From Selaginella moellendorffii (lineage: Eukaryota; Plantae; Lycopodiophyta), in NCBI RefSeq assembly GCF_000143415.4, contig NW_003314284.1, positions 1,506,086-1,570,085 of the forward strand: DNA of 64,000 nucleotides. The letters are read 5' to 3'. The position numbers and the translations under genes were made by a program. The notes below the pieces were generated by a model. The model did not search any database. It saw nothing but the letters and a program-made list of their open reading frames with translations, and had not been told where the DNA came from. How positions within the stretch are numbered: position 1 is the first letter of the stretch; each line of letters starts with the position of its first letter. Below are positions 36,218 to 49,901 of this stretch, one piece after another.

Positions 36218-39190
36218 AGGGCCGCCGTCCCGTTGGCCTTTATTTAATCTAATCGCTGTCTTTTAATTGGTTTTGCGCACTCAATGTAACTGAGCGGCTG
36301 TCCTTACAATTAGTGTGTTGTAATCTCTCCAATTAATGTGGAGGGCATGCGGGTGGTAAGAGATTTGCGATTTTTTTATTTTTACTTTGCTTGTCGAATT
36401 TTACGGGTGGTGGTAAGGTGACCAAACACCAAACAACCAGCCAGAGATGGTGTGGTGTGCGTTCAAAGCTTTGGTCTTCTGGAATCAAGCGCTTGTTTTG
36501 TTTGTGCAGGGAGATTTTTGTTTTTGCTTTTTTCTTCCAGACGAGAGTTCGTGGCGGTGGTCGCTGTCCAATGCGTGCATGTCGGATGTTACGTAGAAAT
36601 GGATTGAGTTTGGTGGCTAAAGGCGCAAAAGAAAAAGGAAAAAACGCAGAAAAAAAAAAAAGAAAAAAAAGCGAGAACAGGACACAAGTCTAAGTCTTGA
36701 TGAGATCTCTCTTCTCTTTCTCGAAGAGGCCCGAAGTTTTCTCGCACAGCCAACCAATCCCAAACCTTTGATCTTGCGAGAAGTGCTCTCTTATTCTTTT
36801 TAACCCCTCTTTTGTGCAGTGTTTCGAAGTCAAAAGACCAGATGCCCCTATCAAATCTTTTCATCACAATCGATCGTCCCCTCCTTGGGGGGAGAAGAAA
36901 TTTTTGATACATTTCGGTCTTCCACGGCAACGACCACGGGGAAAAAAAGATCAAAATTTAAACACCAACGTACAATTCTTGGGGCCCAATTTCATCCATT
37001 CATGGTGGCCAAATCTCGTCACGAGCCACGGTCAAAGCTTATTTTGTCAAGGATAATGCGTGTTTGCTCTTTTGCGTGCTGTCGCCATTGCTACATTACA
37101 TTACAGGCTCTATAGCGACGAGAAAGAGAGGGTGAAAGAGTTTGTAACGTTTTTGCCCCCGATTCAATCGCCCATCATCGACACAATCTAGCAATCCAAG
37201 GAAAACGTTACAAGCACGAGCTAGACAAATGCCGATTAAACAAATGCCCCCGCAATCAATCCTTGCACAAAAGTTGGCGACTAGAAAACCATTCTTTTCT
37301 CCTTGTAATGTGTTGTTTACACCCAATTCCTCGAAGAACTTTAGCCAAAGAGAGAAAAAAAAAGATACCCTCTCTGACCGACGAGGGTGAGAAGAACAAA
37401 GGTCACCTTTCTTTCTTTCTTTCACCTGAACCAGGGAATCCGCTCGCGGCATCTCGAATCTTCCCCTCTCCAGGATTTTCAATGCGTTCCCAGATCAATG
37501 CCAAACCATGTGGGTTCGTTATTGTGGTAGCGTCAATTTTAATCCCCTGCTAGCTTGTCTCCCTTGACAAAAACACCCACTATGATTGTTACTCGCTATA
37601 AAACTCAAAACAAAGGTATCGTCTTCTAGAAAAAAAAAAACGAGCGAGAGTTTAAAAAAACAATTTTGATTCAATCGGACCTTTGTACGATGAACATAAC
37701 ATATGCGCTAGCTGGCCCTGGAATATATATACACATATATACAAGCTGGTTCATCCAGTTTAGCTAGAAGTTGCAAGAGTTATCAATGTGCCTGCAAGCA
37801 AAAACACAAAGCCAGGCAATCAAAGTAAGTGTCCCGCACTGCGCTCAGGTATTTGGCATAATAAATCCACACACATACCTGTAACTTGTTGCTTTTAGCA
37901 GCGCCAGAGTCGCAGCACACGGGAGAAAGGGACAGCGCCAGGCCAGCCCGAGTTGGTGGTCCGAGACAAGAGACCGTGGAAGGAGTCCCCGCCCGAGCAA
38001 CGCACTATAACCGGAGAGGTTTCTTTTCCCGGCGGACGACCACAGTTCGCTATATTTTACCAGCGCAAAAAGCTTTAGCCGAGAACGAGGACCAGGCGCA
38101 GACCTGCAAACAACACAGAGACGAGCATGAAAAGATGAAAAGGAGGGAAAAAAGAAAAAAAACAAAGAGCTCAACGACTACTACTACCTCACGTGTGCCA
38201 TTACTTGCTTTGCAGCTCCTTTTTCTCGTTTTTGTTTTTTGGTTGGGCTTTTTTTTTTTTTGCCTCCCTTCGCTATGCATCCTGTTCTTGTCCCTGTTGC
38301 TATTCTGGCTCTGGCATGCTGCCGCTGGCTGCTGCTGCTGCTTTCGGTTTGATGCTGATGCGGAAAGATCTACCTACACAGAGGTAATGCAATTCACCAC
38401 CTTCCTGTGCCTGCCTGTCTTGTTTGACTGGAGTTAAAAGAAGAAAAACAGATAAGTAACAAAGAGACTCAGGCATGCTTGCCTCACGCCTTCCCGGATC
38501 CGCATAAGCCTCATTACTTGCGTGACGTAATGTTGAATGGATTGGTCACAAAGATCCTCATCAGCGGAGGTACTTTCGCTCTCCAAGCATCACATCTCGA
38601 TAGCTCTTTTTTACCTGCATCGAAATAAGACTTTCAGCTTACAGGACGACAGAAAATTCCGTAAGAAAGGAGCTAACCATCCCGCCGTATCCCGGCAGTA
38701 TCCCACCCAAATTAATGAGTTTGTGTCTTCCTGCCTCGCTTTCAGTCAAAGGCTGCTGAAATATCATGATCAAGGTTGATAGTCTCCATATGCTTGCTTG
38801 GACGGCAAGGCTTGGAAAATTGCACGGCGTGAATAGCGAAACACTGCCTTCCGTTCGGCAGTGCAAAGTCGTTCGTCATCTGCAAGTGACACGGGAAGAA
38901 AACTTAGCGAATCGAGGAGACAAAACGTCTATAGAATGTACCATGAAGAGAAAAAAAAGAAAATATCTCTGCCCATAAATCTGGTCACTGCACGATATGT
39001 TAGCTTCGTGCCGAGCAGATCTGCTCCCAGATCTTTTGTGGAGCTCGTCACCTGCAAGCATGTAACAGTTACAGTAACGAAGTACCAAAGTGAAAAGGCG
39101 TACCTACAGAAGTCTTTAAACAAGTCAAAAAATTGCGCAGCAAGATCTCGTCCCGACTCCCGAGCTACTCCGCAGAGCGCAGAATTTCAT

Positions 39191-42100
39191 TCACACCGCA
39201 CGGAGCTGCTGGAGCGCAGACTGCAAAGTTAATTGCACAGATTCCGCTACTGCCCGCAATCTCCCACTTGACTCTTGACCGGCGGCAGCAGCTTCCAGCA
39301 CTTTGGTCCTCTCTTTCAGCCTCTCCCACTCGTCACCCCTGGACCAGCAAGCCCTGCCCCCATGACTGCCTTCCAAGCCCACCAGAAGCACCCGCCTTCC
39401 ACCTTTGTTGTAGTAGTATCTCATCCGCACCGATACGCACTGCGGCAGCCACCCCGCACCTCCAGCAACGTTCACGTTGACGTGAGGACCCAGGTCCAAG
39501 AAAACAGTCAGAGCGAACTCCACGATTTCTCTTTCGCGATCGTGCAGTATGCTGCTCTTCACGGACGTGCTGCTGCCAGCTTCCTCTTTCATGGTGGTGT
39601 TGATCACCAAACGATTCTCCAGGCACAGCTCAATCCTCGGCCGAGGGGTGGCCTCCACGGCCTGGTTCTTCTGGGCCTCTTTCATCCATGATATCAATCC
39701 AAGGAACTCCCGAAGGACAGCTATCGGTAGCGTCAGGATCGTCACGAACGAGGCCAAGCGGGAGGCATCATACGGTTCAGATGCGACTCGTTGAGCGAAG
39801 AACTCAGTTATTTCCAGCATTTCACCATTTGTCAGGTCCGCGTCTGCTCCTGGGGGGTCTGTTTGTAGCTCGGGAGGCGGTTGCTGAAACTTCTTCACGT
39901 TCAAACCTTGTAAATACAGCTGGTGGCGATGCATATTCACAGCAAACATGCAATTCCTGCACAGCGTGACAAGCAAGTCAGTACAGAGGTTATAAGCCAA
40001 AAGTTGACGTACCCGATATTAAATCGCAAAGCAGGTTGCTCAGGATCCAAGTGGAGAAGAGTTCCATCTCTCCCATTCATAACGGAGCCAAGTACCTCGC
40101 GAATAATATTGGGGAACTGCGCAAAGAGCCAGAGGACACCGAGATACTTAAGAGTGCTGCGCAGGACCTTTTTGAGAGCAGGAAGAGGCACCCATGCACC
40201 GCTGTAACCTCCATCGTCACTCACGCCGCAGAACGCAGAGTTTAGCTCACCCCTGTAGCTTGGATAACCGGGCCCCCCTATGACGAGGTTCCGACCAGAT
40301 GCCGCTGAGCTTGGAGTATTCCGAGTAGCACTTGCATTCGAGCGAGGATTGGCAGATGCCGGACCATTTTGCTGTACGCCGGTGACCACAGTCTCAGAAC
40401 TGTTCAAAACGTTCTCCATGACGAACGGCCGAAACTGCGGGCAAGGTAAGGAACCGCCTGCGTCGGGACCAGCACCCTGAGGCGGAGGAGCTGGCTGCAG
40501 CCACACTTGGTCACCTTCAAAGCACCTCATATCCACCGAGAATTGCTTTCTGTAGACTATCCTGATCCAATATGGCGAGCGCATGAGAACGGAAATGTCC
40601 GTTGGCAACAGGGAGCTTGGAACTATGCCTGGACCAGGCCCTCTCCCGGGGCCGGAAGTGATAGTTGGAATCTGGATCGAGAGTCCTGTAGCTCTGGACT
40701 GAGGCGTGGCGGAACTATTTGGAGGAGAAACCTGACCTGGCGGAGAAATGGCAGAAGCGACAATGCTCGAAACAGGTGCTGTCATTCGTGCTGGACGGAT
40801 TGCACCGGCAAGTGCATGTAAAGGACCAGCCGTTATCCGGATGGCATCAAGTAGAAGCTCCACGTCCCCTCCATTAATCAAGTCCTCCAGATACTGGAAA
40901 GTTTAAACCTGTTAGAAGATCAGAGAAGCTGGAACTCGGAAAAACATACCTTCGTATGGGGCCACAGTTGTTCCGGCGAGACATGAACTATGCAACCCTC
41001 TTGGTCGGATGCCCATTCTACCACAAATCGTGCAAGTATTCCTGGCATGCTTCCTGTATAGCTGAACCATAAGCTCGTAAGGCCCAAAGCCTCGACTTTG
41101 AAAGCCCTGGTAATTGCTTCCCACTTCGTATCTGTCCGCGAAGCTCCTTCGTCTCCCTCGTCCATCCTGTCCTCCAGAAGCTTCTTCATGCAGTGTGCAA
41201 ACGCTCGAGCACTTCTTAAGCGCTCTAGATCTGCTAAAAGCTTCTTGATACTGTCGTCTTCCACCGTACTGTAGCTAAGAATCAAGCCTTCTTGACTACA
41301 TTTGATGTGAGCATCAGCCTCCGACAAAGCCGCGAGCTGAACACCAGCTCCCCAATCCGCCACCTTTTGCTTCTGAAGGCTCCACAGGCTTTTATAGTGC
41401 GAATCACGGACTTTTACTTCCCATCCATCGCTGCCGTGCTGTCCCAGGCTCAAAGATATCCGCTGCCAAGCATTGCAATACTTTCCCATATCTCCTCTCA
41501 TTCGTGAAGTTGCCAGACGGAAAATGAGTCCCGCGGATGATGAAAGCCTGCCTTCTTCGACGTACGATATGCCGAGTGAATCCATCTGGTTCGTTAGACG
41601 AGCGTGCTTTATCACCAGCCAGGACCTCTTCACGACGTGCAGAAGTACGGCCATATGTGTCACCGGAGGAGCCTTCCCTTGATTTGCAGCGGCAACAACG
41701 GCAGCATAAGGCTGTCCAGAGAAAACTTCCAAGGCGTTCGATGGCGCTTCAACTTTCTGTTTCTTCCTTGCTCCAAGGCTTAGTCGCTGCAGTGACGGGA
41801 GAGACGAGAAAATGTCCGACTCTGGCTTGCGCTTCAAGGAACTCAGTTGACGTGAAGGGGCTGGAAGAAGATAAGGCGACCGATCCATATCCTTTGCCAG
41901 GGGTGATCCCAACCCATCCGGTAGGCCCTTGCGAGGTACAAGATGTAGAGACTTCAACGAATTCTTAGAGGCCGACTTCACCGTTCTCGACGACGGTGAC
42001 GAATGAACCTGTCTTAAACCTGTACTGGCCATGTTATCCGTTGCTGGTCCACCCGTTGAGATCGACTCGATCAGCTTCGAAAGATGATCGTCGTCAAGGT

Positions 42101-44541
42101 CCGGAGAGGCGGGATTATCCACAGGAAGTAGAGGGGACTTTAAGCGACCATACTCCAGCTCCGGTAACTTTGTCGATGGAGACATCCGGCTAAATGAGTT
42201 TCTGGCTGGGCTTCCCATGGCTTGAGACACCAACGCTAGCAGATTATTGCTTGATGACGATTTTCTGTTGTGGTTGCCAAAGCTGGCTCTGCTGGATGGA
42301 CTTCCCAATGAAACTGAAGGTGACGCATGATAGCGTTGCAGCTGTCCCATTGCGAAGTTCGGCTGTTGCTCCGCCTTTTCCAGTTTTACTACTTGGTTGT
42401 CCATCCTGTCAAACCCATTCCTCACTTCAGCTGTCTTGGGAACTAAGCTCCTGCCTCCACTTTTTACGTTGTCACTTAATAAACTCAAGTTTTCATCGTT
42501 GCCAGCCAAAGAAAATTTGCTGATGTCGATGCTCATGTACCTTCGTATGACCAGATGCTTTGCTGCAACAGTTGTCCGATTTGGTAGCGGCACCAACTTT
42601 TGAGCTTCCAATAGAACAAAGAGTGGCATAAATGCTGGATCGAGATGCACTGCTAGGAAGTACAAATCGCCGGTGTTGGGAAATCCCAGAACAAGTACGT
42701 CTGAGCCAAGCTTAGGTCCATCCTCCGGAAATTTCAGCGTTATGGCACCTTTTTCAAAGACCTGCAAAGCTTCTCTGAGAAAAAAAATTTTTTAAAGAAA
42801 AGTACTACCAACCTTCAGATTCATTGATCCGCCCAAGGATGCATAGTGGTGGATAATACTTTGATTGCGCAGATTGATAAAGACATCAACGACCGAGGTC
42901 CCCTGATTTATCGCCTCCTCCATCTCTTGAACTAAAGACAATGAGAGTAATGTTGAGGGAGCTCGAAGTACAAAACGTCCATTCCTATTAACATCCAGTG
43001 AATTTAGTTCTCAACAAGGCAAAGAGCAACGCACCTGATACTGATACTAAGACAGATATATAGATCCCCATAAGCGCGCACATGAAGGCTATCTTCACCG
43101 ATGTCCGAGGTATCCTGCACAGGAAAAGAAACACAAAAACCATTAGGAACGCCAAGAATGTAAGCTTTATCTCTCACTGACCTGCGCAGAAGATTTCAAG
43201 AACACATCGTCTTCCACCCTGTGAATATAAGTGTTGGCTTTTAGACTCTTCTGGACCTCGACGAGCCGGGAGTGAATGTTGCAGTTAATGACTCGGAGTA
43301 TCAACTTCTCGACGTCCAGGCGGCTCTGATCTAGTACAAACTCAGCGTCGTTGCCAGTCCCAGGATCCGTGAGCGGCGGCTGGTGCTGGCAGGAAATTCT
43401 CTGGTCACTACCCGGCTCGATCCTCAAGCTCGGTAGCAAGCTCTCACCACCCTTGGCCAAGTCGAGCCAGTAAGTTATCTTCACGCCATGAACACGCGAC
43501 TTGGACGGATCCGCCTCTGCGTCAGCGGGAGCTTGAGTCGCCGGATTCCCAGACGCGGCCGTCTCAAACGAGAGATCCAGCCGTATAGCGTCCTTCCACC
43601 TTCCGTGCCTCAGCGCACGAACTTGGCGCCAAAGCGTGTCCATCACCAGCGCGGCGCAAAACTCGTGAAGAACAGTGTAGATGATCCCAAACGGGTTTTC
43701 CAGAGCCGACATCCTCCGCTCCAGATCGTCGGAGAGCGCGAGACGTTGCATGTCCGAGAACTTTGCCGGCCTGGAGCTCTCCCCGACTAGCAGCTTCAAA
43801 TGGAGCACCCTCCACAGCGACGCATTCCCCCGGTAGCCGAGAGTGAGCTCCACCTCAAACTCTCCATCCACGCGCAGCGTGAGCCGGCCATCGCGCACCG
43901 AGACCGACGTGAACTCCTTTGGAATGGCGATGTCCAGGAGCTTGGATCGCAAAAGGGTGTCGAGCTTTTGAAGAACGTTGTCCTTCTTCCACCCCTCGAG
44001 AACCGGCTGGACGTTGAGATCCTCGATGCACTTGGGCATTCGTGGGAAGCCGCCGGTGAAGAGCACGTCCATGGCGGAGGCGACATCGTACATGGGCGCT
44101 CGCGACTGCTGCAAGCTCTCGTGGAGGTAGAACATGGAATCGGCCGCTTGGGTGAAGCTCATGTCGTGATTGGACAGCGTCCCCATGAGCTGCTGGCATC
44201 GCTCCACGAGAGGAATCTAAGAGAGCAAACGAATAAAAATCACACACATTCTCAAAAATAAATCGACATTTCTACATTCCGATCGCCCGATCGATCGATC
44301 GATCGAGATGGCAATCGAGAGAGATTTGTACCTGGCGACACCATTTGCAGATGACGAGAAGGCGGAGGAGGCGCTGGCGCGTCTTGAGGATGAATTTGAG
44401 AAGGCTGATCTTCTTCTCGGCGTCGGATTGCTCGGGCGCCGCCTCGCAGACCTCCTTGAGCCCGGTGTAGGCGGCCTCGGCCGCGCGCTTGACGAGTACC
44501 GACAAGGGCACGGTCTCCTGCCCGAGCTGCTGGAGCGCCAT
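39191..44541 (-). CDS. MED14: Mediator subunit 14 (STRUWWELPETER-like)
   Basis: LGQETVPLSVLVKRAAE..KISLLKFILKTRQRLLRL..KWCRQV; FTQAADSMFYLHE; RVDGEFEVELTLGYRG; FSVDMRCFEGDQVWLQPA; GGAGWLPQCVSVR. Confidence 0.93.
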
Positions 44542-44689
44542 AGCTAAAAAACCCTAGCCCAACCCATCACAAGGAGTATATTCCCCGGTAAAATATTTCT
44601 CGTTACATGGGTTTGGAAAAAGGCCTAGAATCTTTGGTGGATAAACTTTAGCTTGAATAATCTAGCTTGATCAACACTTTCGCTTCGAT

Positions 44690-45565
44690 TTACCTACCTT
44701 CGATCATCCTGAGCTTGCTGATAAATGCGAGCCCATCTTCGATCTTCCTCTTTCGTTCACCACCACCATGGCTTGCCGCCGGCGTGATCAGCTTCTCCAG
44801 CATCACTCCCAGCTGATACAAATTTGACTCGCCAGTGTACGCCCCGAGCTCGTCCTCGTCCCAGTCCCGGAACTTGAGCTTTGGCTTCTGTCCACCGCGA
44901 TGGTTTTTACCTTCGTTTTGGAGCAGCCCGAGTGCTCTGCAAATGGAGTAAGCCACGGACTTGAGCTCATGTTCATCACGAGCAGATATGCATCGACGCA
45001 ATACTTGCTCTCCTCTAGCCGCGGCCCATGAATGCTCCCGACAATACATCTTCCCCTGTTGCCAGTCTTGATTTTGGAAAAACCCTGGATCACTGGTCAA
45101 CGACGAGGCATCGACGAAGTTGAGGCTTCGGCCGTCGGTAATCTGCCGGACTGAACTCGGCCAAGGTCTTGAGCGAGTCCAGGAACTTGTGGATGGAACT
45201 CTTCTTTTCGCAGGCCAAGTCGCTATGGCTCAGGCTCGGCAATACCTCTGTTCCTCCTTGAACCACCGGTACCAACTTCTCTAGAGAACTCCAGTTTGAT
45301 AGATAGAGGTCCACGGCTTTTGGATCGGGATTCTCGCAGGTCAGTGGCCAAGATTTGACCAACTTCTTGGTTTACACAATTTCCACGAGCAAGCGAATGA
45401 AAAAACTATATAGCTTTTGCAAAGTGTGTATTTTTACCTCCTTCCACTTCCAATGCACTTTCCTCGGTGCTTGGGTCGAGACCGCTGCAGAACTTGGTGA
45501 TTAACATAATCGACACTCCATTTTGGTCATAGCCAACGTTGATCACAATCGTGTCGGGATCCATT
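44690..45565 (-). pseudogene. Degenerate protein kinase-like remnant
   Basis: ELKSVAYSICRALGLLQNEGKNHR (resembles subdomain VIa-VIb) and YTGESNLYQLGVML (resembles subdomain IX). Frameshifts and stops; catalytic residues lost. Confidence 0.4.
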
Positions 45566-46042
45566 CGGACTTTCCCACAGCAGCGATGTTAATCCTGTCA
45601 TCTACAACCACCTTGTCCCTGTTTAAAAGAGCTCCAGTTGATCTTTAACGCATTGTGAGACGTGGAGGTGACCTGGAGATGGTTCAAAACACTTTTTTGT
45701 ATTTCTTTTTCTCATATCTTGTACAAAGTAAAAAAAATTTGGTGTGCTTTGCATGCACTAACATTTGATTTGTTTAATATTTATTAATTTAATTGATCAA
45801 ATGGAAATTTGTATATAATTTATAAACAACAGCATATCAACCATTAAGATGGTAAAATAAAAAAGAATATAATAAAAAGTGTTTAGGAAAACTTATAAAT
45901 TATAAATGTAAAATTAATCTAAATGAATAACAATCATTAGATGGTAAGATATTTTAAAATATTCAAATATATTCACTACCATCTCAGTCCCTTTATAAAT
46001 TTTCTTAAGCAAACCAAAAATCAGTAAGCATCCTCAGTGAGT

Positions 46043-47011
46043 TTACAGGATTTTTGCGATTTGTTTCGTGAATTCTCTCCTCAGTAGTGTGTACGTGTGC
46101 TCCGTTGGGTGAATTAAATCCCAGAAAACATAATCACTTGGATTCTTGCACAGCCCGCTCAAGGTATTTTTGTGTGATAGGCAATTGGGGCAACAACCCC
46201 CTCCATTCTTGAATCCAAACTTAACTGGGTTCTCCACAAAGGATTTGATCAGTGAATAGCCGTCAACAAATGTGCCTCTCATCCCTGGGAATTTTCTTGC
46301 CACCCCCAAAACAATCTCCCGAGCTTGCCCATTGAATTGCTCTACTAGATTGTTAATCTCTCTCACGCAATTTCCACCCGACGTGACAATAGGCGCACAC
46401 CCTAAAGGCCCAACGCTCGAGTAGACAATCTTCCTGAATCCATATCTATAGAGCTGCTCCAAGCCTTTCTCCAATAACACTAGCATTGCTTCCAAGTCTA
46501 TCTCAGCAGTGTTTTGAAGATTTGCCGCAATGTCGTTACCACCCGAAGATATCACAACCACAAAATCATTGAGATTCTTCTTGGAGATCTTGTTGGCTAG
46601 CTGCTCGAGTTGTTTTAGCTGCTCGTTAAACGACACAACACCCCAGTCCGAGTGAGTAGAGTCAAGTAATCCACTACCGTCCAACGCAAAGTTGATGCTC
46701 AGTGGGAGTTGGCTCCCAGCTTTCAAGCCCAAGAATGGTTTTGAAAAGGGCAAACCGATCACTTGGTTTATCAGATCTGGAATTAGAAACCCATCGCTAC
46801 ACCTTCCTGATGGCTTGTTATACCTTGTCTTCCCATATGGCACAAAATCACAACGCGAAACAGAGTTTTTCACGTACTTGTTAGTTCCAACATCAAAGAT
46901 TGAGTCTCCCATGTAGATAGTCCGAAGCTGAGGAACCGATCTCCCATACACGCACGCGCAGAGAGCCAAGATCGCAAACCCAAACACTAAAATCTTCGAC
47001 CATGTCTTCAT
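46043..47011 (-). CDS. GDSL esterase/lipase, secreted, intronless
   Basis: Signal peptide; GDSIFDVGTN; SGRCSDG; GGND; YVFWDLIHPTE (DxxH). Confidence 0.93.
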   Translation of the reverse strand: MKTWSKILVFGFAILALCACVYGRSVPQLRTIYMGDSIFDVGTNKYVKNSVSRCDFVPYGKTRYNKPSGRCSDGFLIPDLINQVIGLPFSKPFLGLKAGSQLPLSINFALDGSGLLDSTHSDWGVVSFNEQLKQLEQLANKISKKNLNDFVVVISSGGNDIAANLQNTAEIDLEAMLVLLEKGLEQLYRYGFRKIVYSSVGPLGCAPIVTSGGNCVREINNLVEQFNGQAREIVLGVARKFPGMRGTFVDGYSLIKSFVENPVKFGFKNGGGCCPNCLSHKNTLSGLCKNPSDYVFWDLIHPTEHTYTLLRREFTKQIAKIL

Positions 47012-47573
47012 CTCGCCAAAACCTTTAGTGGAGAACCTAATACGCAAAGCCCGTTTATATACTGAAACGAGAAAAGGTGGAACTCATCTAACGGCTGCGA
47101 TTCATACCTTTTGGACAAACAGAGCCTTGAACAATTTTTTGTCGGTCTTGTTCTTCTTTTAGCTCGCCAGTAGTTGCGATCCACAAGGATTTCTTCATGC
47201 CGCTCGCAGCATTGGCTCGCAAGTAAAAATTTCCAGAGCCTGGCTATGTTCTTCCCAATAAAACGAGCTCCAGAGCTTAGAACAGGGAAATGGAGCTCGC
47301 AAAGGCGATGGAACTGTGGTCTTGTCGATCCAATCCAACCCGCCGCCAAGTGGAGCTCTCGGCTCTCACACACGCTTTGTCGGGCACCTCGATCATTCTT
47401 GTCGAGGATTACGGACCACTGTAGATCGTAGGCGGCATGATTTCCTTGGATCGTAAAGCGAGCTTCCAGTCTCAATTTTTTTTGGGGCAAATCTTGGTCC
47501 CCGGGATCCTACAGATCATTCCGTGAGACCTTCGTTGGGTGGAATCCATCCAGGAAAATTTTGCTTCCTTTCC

Positions 47574-49591
47574 TCAGTCTCGCACCAGGGGCTGCTGATC
47601 ACTGTCCTGGTCTTGAGGCTTCCACAGGTTTTCCACTTCCTCGAACGACAGTCCTTTCGTCTCGGGGACGAAGCACGCAATGAAGACGATGGCAATCAGA
47701 GCAATGACGCCGAAGAGCGCGAAAGTGAGCGACGTTCCCACGGCTTTCACCAGCGACAGGAACGTCTGAGCCACGATCAAGTTGGAAATCCAGTTGGCCG
47801 TAGCAGCGATTCCTCCGCAAACTCCTCGGTACTTGAGAGGATAGATCTCCGAGTTGATCGTCCAGGGCACCGGGCCCATTCCCGGAGAGAAGCAGCTTAT
47901 GTAGAGGGCCAAGCCGACTAGAGCCAGCCAACCGTATCGGCTCGGGCAGCCTTGCGAGAACCAGCCACCTCCATCGGCTCCGCAAAACTTGGAAGCGGTG
48001 GAGACGAGGCAGCGGCCTGGGAGCATCTGTAAGAAAAAGAATGAGACTTCCGGAAACCAAGACAGAGGAAAAGTTTGAGCCAACCTGGTTGTTCTTGACA
48101 GCACAAAAGCCGCATGTAGATTGCAAGCAGTCCATGCAAGTCCATGGAGTTAGCCTCGAAGGTGATAGCGCCGGGCACATTAGATCTGGAGTCTCAAAAG
48201 AAGCATGCGTGCTTACCAACGGAGCATCTCTGGCAGTAAGGTAGAATGCCGAAGACAGTACTGCCAGCGAAAAGACAACGCCAACCAGGCTAGAGATGCC
48301 CAGCTTCCTGCGGCCGGCGTGGTCAATGACAAAAATACCTACGACGGTCCCAAGAGCGTTCATTCCGGCGATTACAAGGGAGAGCAGCAACGCTGTGTAG
48401 TGCGAGGCAAAGCCCGCGAGTTCCACGATAGAAGGACTGTAGTACATAACGGTGTTGATGCCAACCAGTTGCTGGAATATCTGAAATACTTCACAGTTTT
48501 AGATTAAACAAGGAAGACACACGAAACGAGATACCTGCAGTCCCACGCCCGCTCGAAGGGCCAGCCTGATTTGTTTCGACCCCACTATGTCCCGTATCCT
48601 TAACATTCGTGGCGCCTCTTCCTCTTCTTCCAGAGAGGCTCGAAGGCCATTGATTTCATGTTTCACCTGCTCTGCTGGATATATCTTTTCCAACACTGAC
48701 ACTGCTTCTTCGTATCTTCCCTGATCATTCGAACGTAAGAGCGCTGAAAGGCAAGTACACATCTTACCTGGTGAAACAACCATCTAGGCGATTCAGGCAA
48801 AGAATACATTAGTATAGCTTGTACAATAGCAGGTATTCCAGCAACTCCTAGCATCCACCGCCAAGTGCCAGGTACCTACAGAAATTCAGGCGTAAAGGTC
48901 AGCTCGACAATGGTAGAAGCTTTACCTGGGTGAAGGCCAAGTTGATAAGATAGGACAGGAACTGACCACCTGTTATCATGAGCACGTTGGTACTCACTAA
49001 AGCCCCGCGAATTCTGTTCGGGGAAGCCTCTGCAATGTAGAGCGGAGCCGTCATTGAGGCCACGCCAACTCCCAATCCTACGAGAAAGCGGCCAGCAATC
49101 AGCATATATGGATTGGGCGCAGCTGCCATGACAACTGCTCCAGCTGCGAAGACAGCGTCTGCAGAAAACATTGCAAACTTGCGTCCAAAGCGATCATTCA
49201 TGTGTCCTCCAAAGGCTGCTCCAACAATTGCTCCAGCAATAGCCATGCTAACTATTGTCTCCTACAAGAACAATAACAGTGGTTGTCAATGCTTTCACAC
49301 GCAAACAAGCGGAGGTAGCTTACTTGCAAGAAAGTGCTCTCATTCACGGATTCAAAGTCATCACGAATGTAGAGCAATGCTCCAGATATCACTCCTGCAC
49401 GGTGCGCAGCCGGTGATTGTGAGAAACATGAAAAACAATGTGTGACAACCTGTGTCATAGCCGAAGAGGAGGCCCCCGACACCAGCAGCCAGCGTCAGCC
49501 GAACAAGCAACCAATTGAGCGAGTGGTAAATTCCGGTGGCTCCCTCATTGTCATCTCCGAGGAGACTGCTGGAGCTTGCTTGCGAATCCAT
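47574..49591 (-). CDS. INT: Inositol transporter (MFS sugar porter, INT2-like)
   Basis: [19 protein letters not shown]; DRFGRK; [16 protein letters not shown]; PESPRWL; [15 protein letters not shown]; CxxC loop; PETKG. Confidence 0.95.
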
Positions 49592-49901
49592 GAAAGAACC
49601 TGAGAGAACCAAGGAAATGATTAGAGGGGGCGATGAAGAGATCTCGATTGGAACCTGATCTACGTGGGTTGCGTCGTAGTAGCAGCACGAGGTGAATGCG
49701 GCATTATAATTCCTGAAACACGAAAAAAACAAAGTTGTGCTCCGCCACAAACGGACGAGGACGAACGAGGAAGAACGCCATAGCCAACACTGAAATGCAA
49801 ACTCCCAGTCATCAAGAAGAAAAAAAAAATGAAATACACGAGTGGTGAATACGAGTGAGCCGGAGGAATCGAACCCGGGACCTCCTTCCCAGCTTCGTCT
49901 C

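Noticed and set aside
36300-39100. Short ORFs in the PUB-MED14 intergenic region
   Set aside because: They are driven by poly-A/T tracts, with no domain signatures or consistent exon structure.
47011-47570. 160 aa ORF between the GDSL lipase and INT genes
   Set aside because: No ATG start, it overlaps UTR/promoter space, and it has no recognisable motif.
49858-49895. tRNA-like T-arm GGAGGTCCCGGGTTCGATTCC on the minus strand after the RPL17 stop
   Set aside because: No D-arm/A-box, anticodon arm or acceptor stem could be built. It is only a B-box-like word in a 3' UTR.
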